Source: Patescibacteria group bacterium UBA6263
GTDB lineage: Bacteria; Patescibacteriota; Gracilibacteria; Absconditabacterales; Absconditicoccaceae
Direction: 5' to 3'
DNA: 61,254 bases
Assembly: GCA_002441085.1 (NCBI GenBank)
Contig: DJVF01000011.1
Span: 4,514-65,767, forward strand
Shown: piece by piece, positions 35,926 through 47,423 of the stretch
Position numbering within the stretch: position 1 is the first letter of the stretch
Layout: each line of letters opens with the position of its first letter
The notes under the pieces: model-generated
The model's input: only the letters and a program-made list of their open reading frames with translations
Told to the model about the DNA's origin: nothing
The model's database searches: none
Translations under genes and position numbers: made by a program

Positions 35926-37641
35926 ATGTCTCAGCTTACTGAAGATATATTGTCCAAAACTGACATTGTAGATATAGTTTCCAAATATATTCCTCTCAAA
36001 AGATCTGGAAGTAATTTTGCTGGTTTGAGTCCTTTTAAACAAGAGAAAACTCCATCTTTTATGGTTTCCCCTCGTAAACAAATATTTAAGGATTTTAGTA
36101 CTGGTATTTGATGAAATGCTATTACTTTTGTTATGGAAATAGAAAAAATTGATTTTTGGGATGCTATAAAAATATTAGCAAAAGAATCTAATGTTGATCT
36201 CAGAGAATATGAACTTAACCCAAAAAAAATGGAAGAATTTTCTGATGAGAGAGAAAAAATAAAGAGAATACATAAGTTGGCACAAAAATATTTTGTACAA
36301 GAGTTGGCAAAAAATGAAGATGCTATAGAATATTTGAAAGTAAAAAGGTGATTAGATGATGATACTATAGATGAATTTGGAGTATGATTCTCTCCTGATA
36401 ATAATTATTGATTGATTCAGTTTTTGAAATCAAAATGATTTACTGATGAAGATATATTACAATCGTCTTTGGCAAAAAAATGACAAAATACTGATTCTTA
36501 TGGGTTTTTTAAAAATAGAATTATGTTTCCTATCTATGATACTATGTCTAATGTAGTATGATTTGGGGCTAGAGTCTTGAATCCTAATGAGAATCCAAAG
36601 TATATAAATAGTGCAGACCATAAAGCATATGATAAATCGAAAATATTGTATTGACTCAATGTAGCTAAGCAAAATATAAAATTACACAATAAACTGATTG
36701 TAGTAGAGTGATATATGGACGTAATAGCGTTGGCTAGATTTGGCTTTAAAATATGAGTAGCTACTTGTTGAACTTCTTTGACAGAAGAACATATGAAAAT
36801 ATTAAAGAGATATACTGAAAATATATATTTTCTTTTTGATAATGATGAAGCGTGAATTTCTGCAACATTTAGAGCGTTAAAGATTGCTTATAATTATAAT
36901 ATTTTCCCCAAAATAATCAGATTGACTTGAGATATAAAAGATATAGATCAATTAGCTGGTCAAGAACATTGAAAAGAAACTTTTGAAAATATTATGAAAA
37001 AGTCTATTGATTGATTTTTGGTTTATTTTAATATGTTTAAATCGCAAATAGATATAAGCTCTCCTATAGAAAAGCAAAAAATAATGACTAAAATGTTTGA
37101 ATTGATTATGGCTGTAGATAATTATGCTATACAAGATCACTATCTCCATTTACTGGCTGAAAATTTATCTTTTTCCTATGAAATATTAAATGCTCAATTC
37201 AAAAAATTTAAAAATACAGATTGATCTTTTGAATTAAAACAGAAAATAAATAGAAATATTCAACCTACCTATAAAATTGATAGAGAAATTATATTTGCAG
37301 CATTATTTTATCAGAAATTTGTTTATAAATATATTCAAGATGATGAAAAATGGAGATGATTTTTGGATTTATCTAAACAGATTTGATCCCTTTATGATGG
37401 AACTTTTATAAATAAAGTATTTTCTTGAAATCTAGATCAAAATGAGCTTAAAGAAATGGATGAGATGACTATACGACGAGAGTCCCAACTTGATAATTTT
37501 ACTGAAGAAAATGATAAATATTTTTTTATAAAAAAAACTGTTTGATCTGTATTGCTTTGATATTTACAAATTTTACTAAAAAACAGTGATATATCTAACG
37601 ATATCAAAAATAATTTATTAAAGCTCAAAAAAATGTTTTAA
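35926..37641 (+). CDS. dnaG: DNA primase DnaG (zinc-ribbon ligands all substituted)
   Basis: [38 protein letters not shown], the Toprim segment LIVVEGYMDVIAL, and YFLFDNDEAG. Confidence 0.85.
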
Positions 37642-37645
37642 TTAT

Positions 37646-37978
37646 TTAGAAAGGTAGATCTTCATCTTGTTTGATTTGATTGTTTTGTCAATTACTTGTT
37701 TCTGTATTGTTGGAAGCTCATTCTATTCTTCGTGCAGAAATACGATTGTATCGTTTTGAATTGTATTCATTTGCTTTGAAGTTTAGAGAGACTTTGATTA
37801 TATCTCAGATTTTATAAGTTTTGATTAATTCTGTTTTTTCTCATAATAAATCTATTGCTATTGAGCTTTTGAATTCTTTATCAGTGTTTTCTTCTAATAT
37901 AAAAGTGATTTTGGGTAAATTGTTTTGTCAAACTGTTTCTTGTTCAGATATGAACATAATTTTTCATTCAAATGTCAT
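37646..37978 (-). CDS. DUF3127-like OB-fold protein with an SSB-type acidic tail
   Basis: MTFEGKIMFISEQETV..KITFILEE..GDIIKVSLNFKANEYNSK(W)YNRISA(W)RIE, where both W residues are CGA codons. The C-terminus is QDEDLPF. Confidence 0.65.
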
Positions 37979-38015
37979 TTTAATATGGTTTGGTAATAAA
38001 AACTATATTGTTTGT

Positions 38016-38477
38016 TTAATTTTTCTTATTGTAATTTCAATTAGAATTGAATGATTTTAATTTTATTTGTTTTCTATTGAATTCATTTATTAGTATCACT
38101 ATAGCTCATATATTCAAAAGTATGTCTGCAATGTTAAATACGGGGAAGTTTCATATTGATATAAAGTCTCTTACTCATCATAGAAATATTCTATCTATTA
38201 GATTACCTAAGGTTCAAGAAATCAAAATACTAAATATAATTCGAGATATATATTTTATATGTAATAATTTTATAAATATTATTATCGCTAGTATACTTAT
38301 GATTATAACTAAATATATGTCTATCTGTATTCCTCGAGTTATTCAATGGTTAAATACAGGATTTATGTAGTTGGATTTATATAAATAATTTTGATTATAA
38401 AAAAAATATTTGGACGTAAGATCTATTGTCATTAATATTGTTGTTAGGATCAATGTTTTTATTAGTTTTTTTTTCAT
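38016..38477 (-). CDS. lspA: lipoprotein signal peptidase II
   Basis: MKKKLIKTLILTTILMTIDLTSK, GTLGNLIDRIFLGGVRDFISIGNFPVFNIADILLNIG. Confidence 0.8.
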
Positions 38478-38478
38478 T

Positions 38479-39993
38479 TTAATATAACATTCATATAACT
38501 TCTATGTGGTGGGTTTGTGGGAACATGTCTACTGCTTGTAATCTATTTATTTTGAATCCATTATCTATTAATATTCATATATCTCTAGCCATGGTTATTG
38601 GATTGCAGGATATATATAATAATTTAAAATCAGTTTCTTTTTTTAATTCTGATAAAAAGTTTATTAAGTTTTTGTGTAGTCATTCTCTTGGTGGATCTAC
38701 TATTACAGCTCATAGGTCTTTTATTTTTTCTTTGAGCTGCGCATTGTCATTGAATACTTTTTCGCTTTGAGCAGCTATAAAAAGACAATTATCTTCTACT
38801 CAATTTATTTTTGCGTTGTGATGAGCATCTATAATTGCATCTTCGACTACTTCTATTCATATTAAATTTGATCAGATACCGCTTTTAAGAATATTTATTC
38901 AAATAGTTCATGTTCAACAATATAGGTCTAATATGGTTCATTTTACGTATCATAGCATTTTTTGAGCTTCTGAAAATAATATTTGTGCTCCAAGCGTATT
39001 AGTCTGAAAAAAAGAAAAAGGAGATATCCTAAAAATAGAAGATATTTCAGTATTATCATCCAAGTTGAACTTTAAATTTTCGTGTATATATCAATCTCAT
39101 CGTAATACTTTAGTTTCTGATTTGTCTGATTTGACAGTATCAGCCAATCAATTATTGTAAGTAATTACAAAAGTTGTTATATTTTCTGTCAAAATCTTAT
39201 CTTTTTGAATTGTCTCTAAAAATTTGTTCCATTTTTCATTATATGTTTTTTTTAGATTATCTTCAAAAACAGATAAATTAACTAAAATTTGATTTGTGTT
39301 GAATCATTCTCTTATAACTAAATGACGGAAAAATCATTGACGTATCTTTTGATCAAAAACTGGTAAGTCTGAATCAAAACATAATTTTTTAATATACTCA
39401 AATATTTTATTGGCTTTGTCAGATACTAATCAACAGGAATCTATATCAACAATTTTGCTAAATTCTCATTGTTTATGGAATCAAAGATTTCGTCTGTTGT
39501 CTATGTTTTCTTTTCAAGATATATATACTCCAAAGCTAAATTCTATTTTATTTCTATATCATTTTTCTAATGGGCATCAAATTATAGGAGAAATCACTAA
39601 ATCTGGTAATGATATTTGTATTTTTTCAAATCAGTCTTTGATAATATCATGTTTTAATTTTAGTTGATTGTGATAGCTGATTATTTGTCGTTTACATCAT
39701 CAACAACCTATTTTATGTGAATTTTGATTTTGTTGACTGGCTCATATAGGTATGAAATAATGTGGACAAAAGACGACTCAGTCGGCTAAATCTTTATCAT
39801 ATTTGTGAGTGGTGATTATATGTCATTGAATATAATCTTTTTTGTTTTTGACTACTTTGATATCTACAGTACTTTTGGGTAAAGCTCATCATTTTACTAA
39901 TATTTTTTTTCAATCAGATAATGACCCAATTCATATTCAACCATATCAAATTTTGTATATATAAACGTTTTTTATTATGCTTCACAATTTCAT
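38479..39993 (-). CDS. RumA/TrmA-family RNA (uracil-C5)-methyltransferase with an N-terminal TRAM domain
   Basis: TRAM-like segment GYGGIGIGSLSDGKKILVKGGALPKSTVDIKVV. Cys cluster FCPHY..CGGCK. Also ISPFSFFQTN, DLYCGTGTIG, VDPPREGL, YISCNPITMARD and DMFPQTHHIE. Confidence 0.85.
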
Positions 39994-40033
39994 GACAAAT
40001 ATTTTATTTAAAATATTTATTTATATTATTTAA

Positions 40034-40588
40034 CTAACTAGCAGTTCAAGTTTCTGTGTTTACTATAATTGTATCTCATTCATTTTTATTTAAAGGGACC
40101 ATAATTTCTAATCATGTCTCTATTATTGCAGGTTTTTTGCCTGCTTGAGCTCTATCTCATTTTACTCATGGGACTGTCGATGAGATTTTGTATGTTACTG
40201 TAGTTGGCAGAATTACTCATATTACATTGGATTCATATATCATCAAATATACATCTAAATTTTCTTTGAGATATGGTATCACGTCATCTATTTCTTCTTT
40301 GGGAATATCATACATTTCTCCGCTATCATTTTCCATAAAAGAATAATTATCTCCAGAATTATATAGAAATATTGCATTTTTGGTATTTACTTCTGCTTTT
40401 TCAAGTGTTGTTCATGCATTGTAAGTAAAAACATTTGTTTTGCCAGAAACTATGTCTTTTACTTTGAAAGAATCTGTTGCTCATCATCTTCACATGTGAG
40501 TATGTGACATATCTGTAACTTTAAAAAGTTTTCAGTCGATTTTTAGGATCGTTCATCTCTTGACTTCAGATGTACTAATTTTTGTCAT
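40034..40588 (-). CDS. efp: elongation factor P
   Basis: [68 protein letters not shown]. Confidence 0.9.
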
Positions 40589-40724
40589 AACATAAAAATA
40601 AACAAATAAAATATTGGTTTGTGTCTTTATAAGGATTTTATTTTGGGGAACAAGTTGAAAATCTATGGGAATTGCTTATTGGTTAATAGATATTATTTAA
40701 ATTTTAATTTTGTAAATTATTTTT

Positions 40725-41435
40725 ATGTTTTTGGCTGTAGATAAACCTACTTGAATATCTAGTTTTGGAGTGATAAAAGTATTGAAAAAATTTTATATTT
40801 GACAAAAAATATGACATAGTTGAACTTTGGATCCTATGGCTACATGACTTATGATTCTAGCTATATGAAAAGACACAAAAAATTTGACTCAATTGATATG
40901 ATTGGATAAAAGTTATATTACTACGATTGATTTTTCTAAAATGTCAGATACTTGGGATATGGAATATTGGGAAGAAATGATAAATTATAAATGTGAAATT
41001 ATAAATTGAAAAAATTGAATTTGGATTGATGAAAAATTTGTAAAATCTCCAGATTTGAATCAAATAAAAGAAAAACTTCAATCTTTAGTCCCTGAATTTA
41101 ACTTGCCAGTACCAGCTTTTAGTGCCAAAAAAAAAGAGTGAAAAAGATCTTATGCTTTGGCTAGAAAAGGCAAACAGGAACTTAGTTATAAGGACATGAA
41201 AATTTATTGATTTGAAATATTGGAATATGATTTTCCTCTTTTAAAAATTAATTTAGATGTCGGTTCTGGGACATATATACGTTCTATTGCTTATTGGCTT
41301 GGAAAACAATTTTGAACTGGATGAATATTGACAAATCTTAGAAGAACAAGTATTGGAGAGTGGGAAATGGAAAATTTTAAAATGCAGGATGTTGAAAATA
41401 GTCAAATTAGATTTTGTGAAATAGATATTAAATAA
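40725..41435 (+). CDS. truB: tRNA pseudouridine(55) synthase
   Basis: [68 protein letters not shown]. Confidence 0.9.
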
Positions 41436-41441
41436 TTTATA

Positions 41442-41471
41442 TTGACATTTATGTTCAAATCTATATATAAT
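41442..41471 (+). promoter_or_regulatory. sigma70-type promoter candidate (TTGACA-N18-TATAAT)
   Basis: The hexamers are at 41442-41447 and 41466-41471, about 26 nt upstream of the ATG at 41497. Confidence 0.3.
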
Positions 41472-41496
41472 ATATATTTATATAATTAATTTACTT

Positions 41497-41712
41497 ATGA
41501 CAAAAATGACTAATATTAATTTAGATTGAACCGATTATTGTTCTGGAAGCTTAATAGAAAAAAATGTTTTAGTTGAAAATGGATTTGATAATAAATGTGA
41601 ATGTGATTCACCGAAATATGTTTGTTTAAGTGATTGATCAAGAGAAATGATATTAGAAGTTTTGTGAGATAAAGAATTTTCCGAAACTTTTAAAATATAT
41701 AGCATTAAATAA
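41497..41712 (+). CDS. small Cys-containing hypothetical protein (71 aa)
   Basis: ORF with three TGA=Gly codons and four Cys (YCSGS..KCECDSPKYVC). No recognisable family. Confidence 0.4.
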
Positions 41713-41717
41713 TTTGT

Positions 41718-42530
41718 ATGTTGAATAACAAGAGATCATATGCTTTTGATTTTGATGGTAATCTGGTATTTACCAAAGATACAATTTTTTTGTTGAAACG
41801 AGATTGAAAATGATGGCATAAGAAAGAAGTTAGTCAAAAAGAATTTGATAATATTCAAATAGATGGCAAAAACTGGAGACGACTAAATGATAGCCCTCAA
41901 GATTCTTTGATAAATTTTTGGAAATCAGGGAATTATAAAAAATCACTTTTGGATGCTTTGAGTAGTAATCAAACTTGACCTGGTCGAAATGTTTATATAC
42001 AGGCAAATAAAAATGCTTCTCCTATAGCAAAAATAACTGCTCGTGGTCAATCTCCTAATGAACTTATGGAAGCTCATAGAGCTGTAATTTATGATATATT
42101 AACTATAGAAGATAGATTGAGTTTGATTGAAAATATGCAAATAAATCTCAATATGAAATTGTCTGAAAATATGGCGATTGAATTGTATCTAAACAATAAT
42201 TTGTATTTGCCAGTACAATCTAGTGAATTTCTCAATATGTATGCCTTGAATCTCGCTATACCAACCAAGATAAGAAAAAATATTTGATTTGAAAGGTTTG
42301 TGTGACATATAGATTTGTTATTCAGAAAATATTATTGAAAATCATTTGTAAATAACCCCAAATTTAGTGTATGATTTAGTGATGATAATTTGCAAAATAT
42401 ACAGTCAATGATGGATTTTATAAAGGCAGATCTAATGATAAAGTATCCATATGTAAAATTTGTGGTTTACAATACCAATGACTCTAAAAATATAAAAGAA
42501 ACAGAACTTATTTGAAAGAATTTTGTTTAA
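41718..42530 (+). CDS. hypothetical protein with a HAD-like DxDG motif (270 aa)
   Basis: N-terminal YAFDFDGNLVFT resembles HAD motif I. The rest is unassigned. Confidence 0.45.
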
Positions 42531-43003
42531 ATAGTGTTTGTTAAAAACTTATTTAGTTTTTGACTAAATTGATTTTTGATTATTTCTTTTGTTTTGAATT
42601 GTATAGTTCATATAGGAGTTTGAGCACATAAATGTGTCATATCTTGGAATGTTGATCTATCTCCACCACTTCACATTGTACAGTAAAATATTATTTTGGA
42701 TGGCAAATTATTTTTGTTTTGACTTATATATGTTCTAATTGCTGTTGCCATAGTAAAATCCCGTACAGGAGTACCTATAATCAATATTTGATAATCTGAT
42801 GGATTGTGTTGAATATTATTTATTTTTGTTAATTTTTTGAGTGATGCATCTCTACCAGCTAATATATATCAAAAAATTCAAGATCTACTTTTGGTATCTA
42901 TAATTTCTTCTATATCGCATTTGGTAACTTTTTCTATATATTGAGCAACTTTACGCGTTATTCATGTCCTGGAATAATATACTAATAGGATTTTTTTATA
43001 CAT
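42527..43003 (-). CDS. flavodoxin-like protein
   Basis: MYKKILLVYYSRTGITRKVAQYI, ILIIGTPV(CGG=W)DF. About 158 aa. Confidence 0.7.
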
Positions 43004-43057
43004 TAAAATATTTTAATAAATAAGATTTATGAATAAAATTATTATTTTGTTTAAATA

Positions 43058-43588
43058 TTATAATATAAATTTTATTTTAAGCGATTTGATAATTTTGTCT
43101 GATATTTCATTTGGTGTTTTGTGTGAAAAAATTTTAATATCTCAATATTTTTTATAAATTCAAAATCTGATTTTAAACTTTTCTTTTTCTTTTTCATATT
43201 TTAAATTAAATCATCTTGATAATTGCCTTTTTACTATTATTTCTGTGCTTTCTTTTAGTGATTTGGATGGTAATAATAATATAGAAGTTCAATTTTCTTT
43301 TATAATTTTTAGGTGTTTTTGTGTTAAATCGTTTGTATATGTCAAAAATCCCGAAGACAAAGCAAAAACATAGTTTGATTTGTATTTATTAACTAGTGAT
43401 AAAAATAAATTAGAATTTTGTTTGTAATATTGTTCATATCATTTATTATTTATATAATCAGTAATATCTCAAATATGATTTATAAATTCTTGATCTAAAT
43501 CTATAAATTGTAGTCATATTTTGTTTGCTAATATTGTTCATGTAGTTGTTTTTCAAACTCATCAAGGACCTATTATAAATATATTCAT
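43058..43588 (-). CDS. shikimate-kinase-family P-loop NTPase
   Basis: MNIFIIGPGGVGKTTTGTILANKIGLQFIDLDQEFI. The later shikimate-kinase motifs are weak. Confidence 0.5.
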
Positions 43589-43676
43589 CAAGTTTATTTT
43601 GTTAAAAATTATTTATCTTGATTTCTAGATATTTCTAAATATTATTCATTTGCTTTATTTTTTCAAATTAATAGTA

Positions 43677-44861
43677 TTGGAGCCAATACCATCATTTCTT
43701 AGACCTGAGACATTGGATGATTTTGTCTGACAAAAACATTTGGTAGGTGATTGAAAAGCTATCAAAATTTTTTTGGAAAATTGAAATGTTCCTTCAATGA
43801 TTTTTCGATGACCTCCATGAGTTGGTAAAACTACCTTGGCACTCATAATATCTAAAAAGATTCATGCTGATTTTTATCAGATGTCATGAGTAACTAGCAA
43901 AAAAGAAGATTTGAAAAAAATTATAGAACAAGCAAAAATAAACTTACAATATGCAAAACAGACTATAGTTTTTTTGGATGAAATACATCGTTGGAATAAA
44001 GCTCAACAAGATACTTTGCTCCCTTATGTAGAAAATGGCAGTATCATACTGATATGAGCAACAACAGAAAATCCAAGTTTTACAATCAATAATGCTTTGT
44101 TGAGCAGATCTAGAGTTTTTGTTTTTGAAAAATTGACTCATGAAGAAATACTTTGATTTCTTAAAAATAACTTAAAAAAAATTCAGAATAAATATACTGA
44201 TATAAAAATATCTGATGAAAATCTTAAACTTATAAGTAAACTTGGTAATTGAGATCTGAGAAATTCATTAAATATATTGGAATCGGCGATGTTGATTAGA
44301 AATAAATGAGATATTAGTGATGATGATATTTTGAAGGCAGGACAAAAGGCTATTTATTTTGATAGAGATGGAGAAGAACATTATAATATAATATCTGCTG
44401 TACATAAGTGTTTGCGTGATAGTGATGGTAATGCTGCTTGTTATCGGATTCAAAGGATGCTTATGTGATGAGAAGATCCGCTTTATATTGTTAGAAGGTT
44501 ATTGCGTTTTGCTTCAGAAGATATATGACCAGCAGATAATAATGCATTGTTATTAGCAAATCAGGTTTATGATGCAGTCGCAAAGATATGAATGCCAGAA
44601 TGCGATGTTTTTATTTTTCAGTTAGCTATGTATCTTGCAAAAGCAAAAAAAGATAATACTGCATATAAGGTTGCTATAGCAACTAAAGCGGATGTCTTGA
44701 AATATTGAAATTTACCAGTACCTATGAATATTAGAAACGCTCCTACAAAGTTGATGAAAGAAAACGGATATGGAAAATGATATAAATATGTACATGATGA
44801 TGCTTCTGCTAAAGATCAACAGCATTTACCTAATGAGCTCAAGTCAAGAAAATATTATTAA
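43677..44861 (+). CDS. rarA: replication-associated recombination protein A (MgsA/RarA AAA+ ATPase)
   Basis: [20 protein letters not shown](CGA=W)[41 protein letters not shown](CGG=W)IQRML. The start is assigned to TTG 43677 because there is no in-frame ATG. Confidence 0.8.
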
Positions 44862-44883
44862 AATTTTAAAATATAAATAAAAA

Positions 44884-46152
44884 ATGGATATTGTTTATTG
44901 GTTAATGAATTTGTCTCCAGAATTTTTGAAAAATTTTGGATATTTGATAGTTTTTGCTCTTGTTGGAGTGGAATGAATACCTCCATTGTGAGTTTTTTCT
45001 CCATGACAATTTGTGATGCTATTTGGTGGTTTTTTAGCTAAAATTTGAACATTTAATATATATCTTTTGATTTTGGTAGGATTTATTTGATCATTTACTG
45101 GTGATGTTGTGTGATATTTTATGTGAAAAAATCTTTGATATCCTTTTCTTGAAAAATATTGAAAATATGTTTTTATAAAAAAAGATAGATTGGATAAGAC
45201 TCAAGATATGTTGAATAAACACTTTTTTAAGGCAGTTTTTTTTAGTAGATTTTATGGTTGGACTAGAGTAATTACTCCATTTGTATCTTGAATATCTAAA
45301 ATATCATTATCAAAATTTATTTTAGGAAGTTTACTTTCCTGTTTGTCTTGGTCAATTTTTTGGCCAGTAGTATGATATATTTTTGGTCAAAGTTATGATA
45401 TGGCTGGTAAGCATATGTGAAAATTTATGTTTTGAGCTATGATTTTTTGAATTTTAATGATATTTGCTTATAGATATGTTAATAAGAAAAAGCATATATT
45501 TAATCGTGAATATTTATACACTCTGGGTACAAATATTTTATCTGTATTTATATTGGCCAAATTAGCTGATGAAGTTTCTGGTAACCAATCTATGGTACAT
45601 ATAGATAGTATGATAAATCTCAAAATAAATCTGATTTCAACTCCCTTATTGGATAAGATTATGTTAATGATAAACAATGTTTGAAATTTTTATGTTTTTG
45701 CTGGTCTTAGTTTATTATTTTTATTTTATTTGATTTGGAAAAAGAAAAAATATTATAGTATTTTATTTTTATTGGGTAGTGTCTGAGGGCTCGTATTGGA
45801 TATATTTATGAAGGTTTTTATAGGTAGATTGAGACCAGATAATGCTTTGATTTTTCTGAAAGATTATAGTTTTCCTTCTGGACATACAACAATGGTTACA
45901 ATATTTTTTTTGACAATATGGTTGATATTTGAAAAAGATATAAAATCCAAATGGGCTCAATTTTGATTTTTTTTATTATGTCTGTTTCCAGTTCTTCTGA
46001 TCTGAGCTAGTAGAATATATTTAAATGTTCATTGGTTTAGTGATGTGTTGGGGTGATTCTTTTTATGAGTTTTTTGGATTACTTTTATGGTGCTATTGAT
46101 TAGATTTATAATGGCAAATAAGTTGAATAAAGATATGATTCCGATACCTTAG
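44884..46152 (+). CDS. DedA-family (VTT domain) / PAP2 phosphatase fusion membrane protein
   Basis: The N-terminal half is DedA-like (FALVGVEGIPPLGVFSPGQ.., FFSRFYGWTRVITPFVSG). The C-terminal half has the PAP2 motifs KVFIGRLRP, PSGHT and SRIYLNVHWFSD. Confidence 0.8.
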
Positions 46153-46196
46153 AAATTATAAACCTGACTGCCGTTAGGCAGGTTTTAAATTATAAA
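46153..46196. repeat. GC-rich hairpin element AAACCTGACTGCCGTTAGGCAGG (46160-46182) flanked by the direct repeat AAATTATAAA (46153-46162, 46187-46196)
   Basis: Read directly from the sequence. It matches the element at 1412-1434 at 21 of 23 positions. It sits between two co-oriented genes and may act as a terminator (stem AAACCTG / CAGGTTT plus T-run). Confidence 0.7.
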
Positions 46197-46206
46197 TTAT
46201 AAATTG

Positions 46207-47409
46207 ATGTGATATAAACCTAGTTATGAATTACTTAAAAAATATGCTGATGTGTTGGTTAAATTTGCTTTGTGGAGTGGAAAATGAGTAAAAAAGAATG
46301 ATGTAGTTTTTGTTCAATTGCCAGAATGTTCAAAAAACTTTTATATACCTTTGCAACAATCTATATTGGAAGCCTGAGCTTATCCTATATTTGAGTATAT
46401 TCCTGATGGAGTAGCGAAACATTTTTTTGAAAACGCAAATGAACAGCAATTGACTTTTTATCCGTCTCATTATTTGCATGGTAAATTGAAGCAAATGACA
46501 CATGTGATTAGTATAATTGCTGAGAATGATAAACACGAACTTAAATGAGTAGATCCCAAAAAGATAAGCGCAAGAATCAAATCTCGTGAAGAATATTTTA
46601 AAAAACGTGTAAAAAAAGAAATTGATGGTAAAATGACTTGGACATTATGACTTTTTGCTACTCCTGCTATGGCAAAAGAAGCTGGAATGAGTCTAGAGGA
46701 ATATCGGAAACAGATTATCAAAGCTTGTTATCTAGATCAAAAAGATCCTATAAAAAAATGGAAAGAAACTGTAAATCAAATAGATAAAGTAAAGAAAAAA
46801 CTTGATGATCTAAAAATCCAATGGGTAAATATCAAATGAAAAGACGTAGATTTGGATATAAAAATATGAAGCGATAGAAAATGGCTCGGATGATGATGAA
46901 GAAATATACCTTCTTTTGAAATATTCACATCTCCTGATCGAAGGTGAACCAATGGTTGGATCAGATTTAATCAACCTTTGTATTATTTTAGTCAAAAAAT
47001 CAGCTGAATACAATTGCGATTTGAAAAATGAAAAATAATAAAATTTAATGCAAAAGAAAACAAAGAATTGTTGTCTGAGCTTATCAAGATACCAAATGCA
47101 GACAAGCTTTGAGAATTTAGTATGACTGATGCTAGATTTTCTCATATTACAAAATTTATGGCGGAAACTTTATATGATGAAAATATCTGATGAAAGTATG
47201 GCAATACTCATATAGCTATATGACGTAGTTATGAAGAGACTTATGTATGAGATGTTTGTAAATTGACTCAAAAACAAAAAGAGAAATTGTGATTTAATTT
47301 TAGTCCTGAGCACAGAGATTTGATAAGTACTACAAATAGAGTAGTAACTGCTACTTTAGTCAGTTGAAAAAAAAGAGTTATTTATAAAGATGGAAAGTTT
47401 ACTTTGTAA
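46207..47409 (+). CDS. M29-family aminopeptidase (AmpS/PepS-like)
   Basis: YELLKKYADVLVKFAL, NIPSFEIFTSPD, GEFSMTDARFS, LYDENIGGKYGNTHIAIG. Confidence 0.8.
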
Positions 47410-47423
47410 ATGTGAAATGTGGA

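Noticed and set aside
38466-38477. A possible homopolymer frameshift at the lspA start (ATG followed by an A-run on the minus strand).
   Set aside because: A recount shows nine Ts on the plus strand (38466-38474). ATG AAA AAA AAA CTA is therefore in frame with the LspA body and no frameshift is needed.
40985-41000. The exact 16-mer TTATAAATGTGAAATT is shared with 49241-49256, and similar AAATTATAAAT strings occur near 46187 and 47405.
   Set aside because: My rough estimate is that, at this base composition, more than ten chance 16-mer coincidences are expected in 61 kb. One copy is inside the truB coding sequence. I treat this as low-complexity coincidence.
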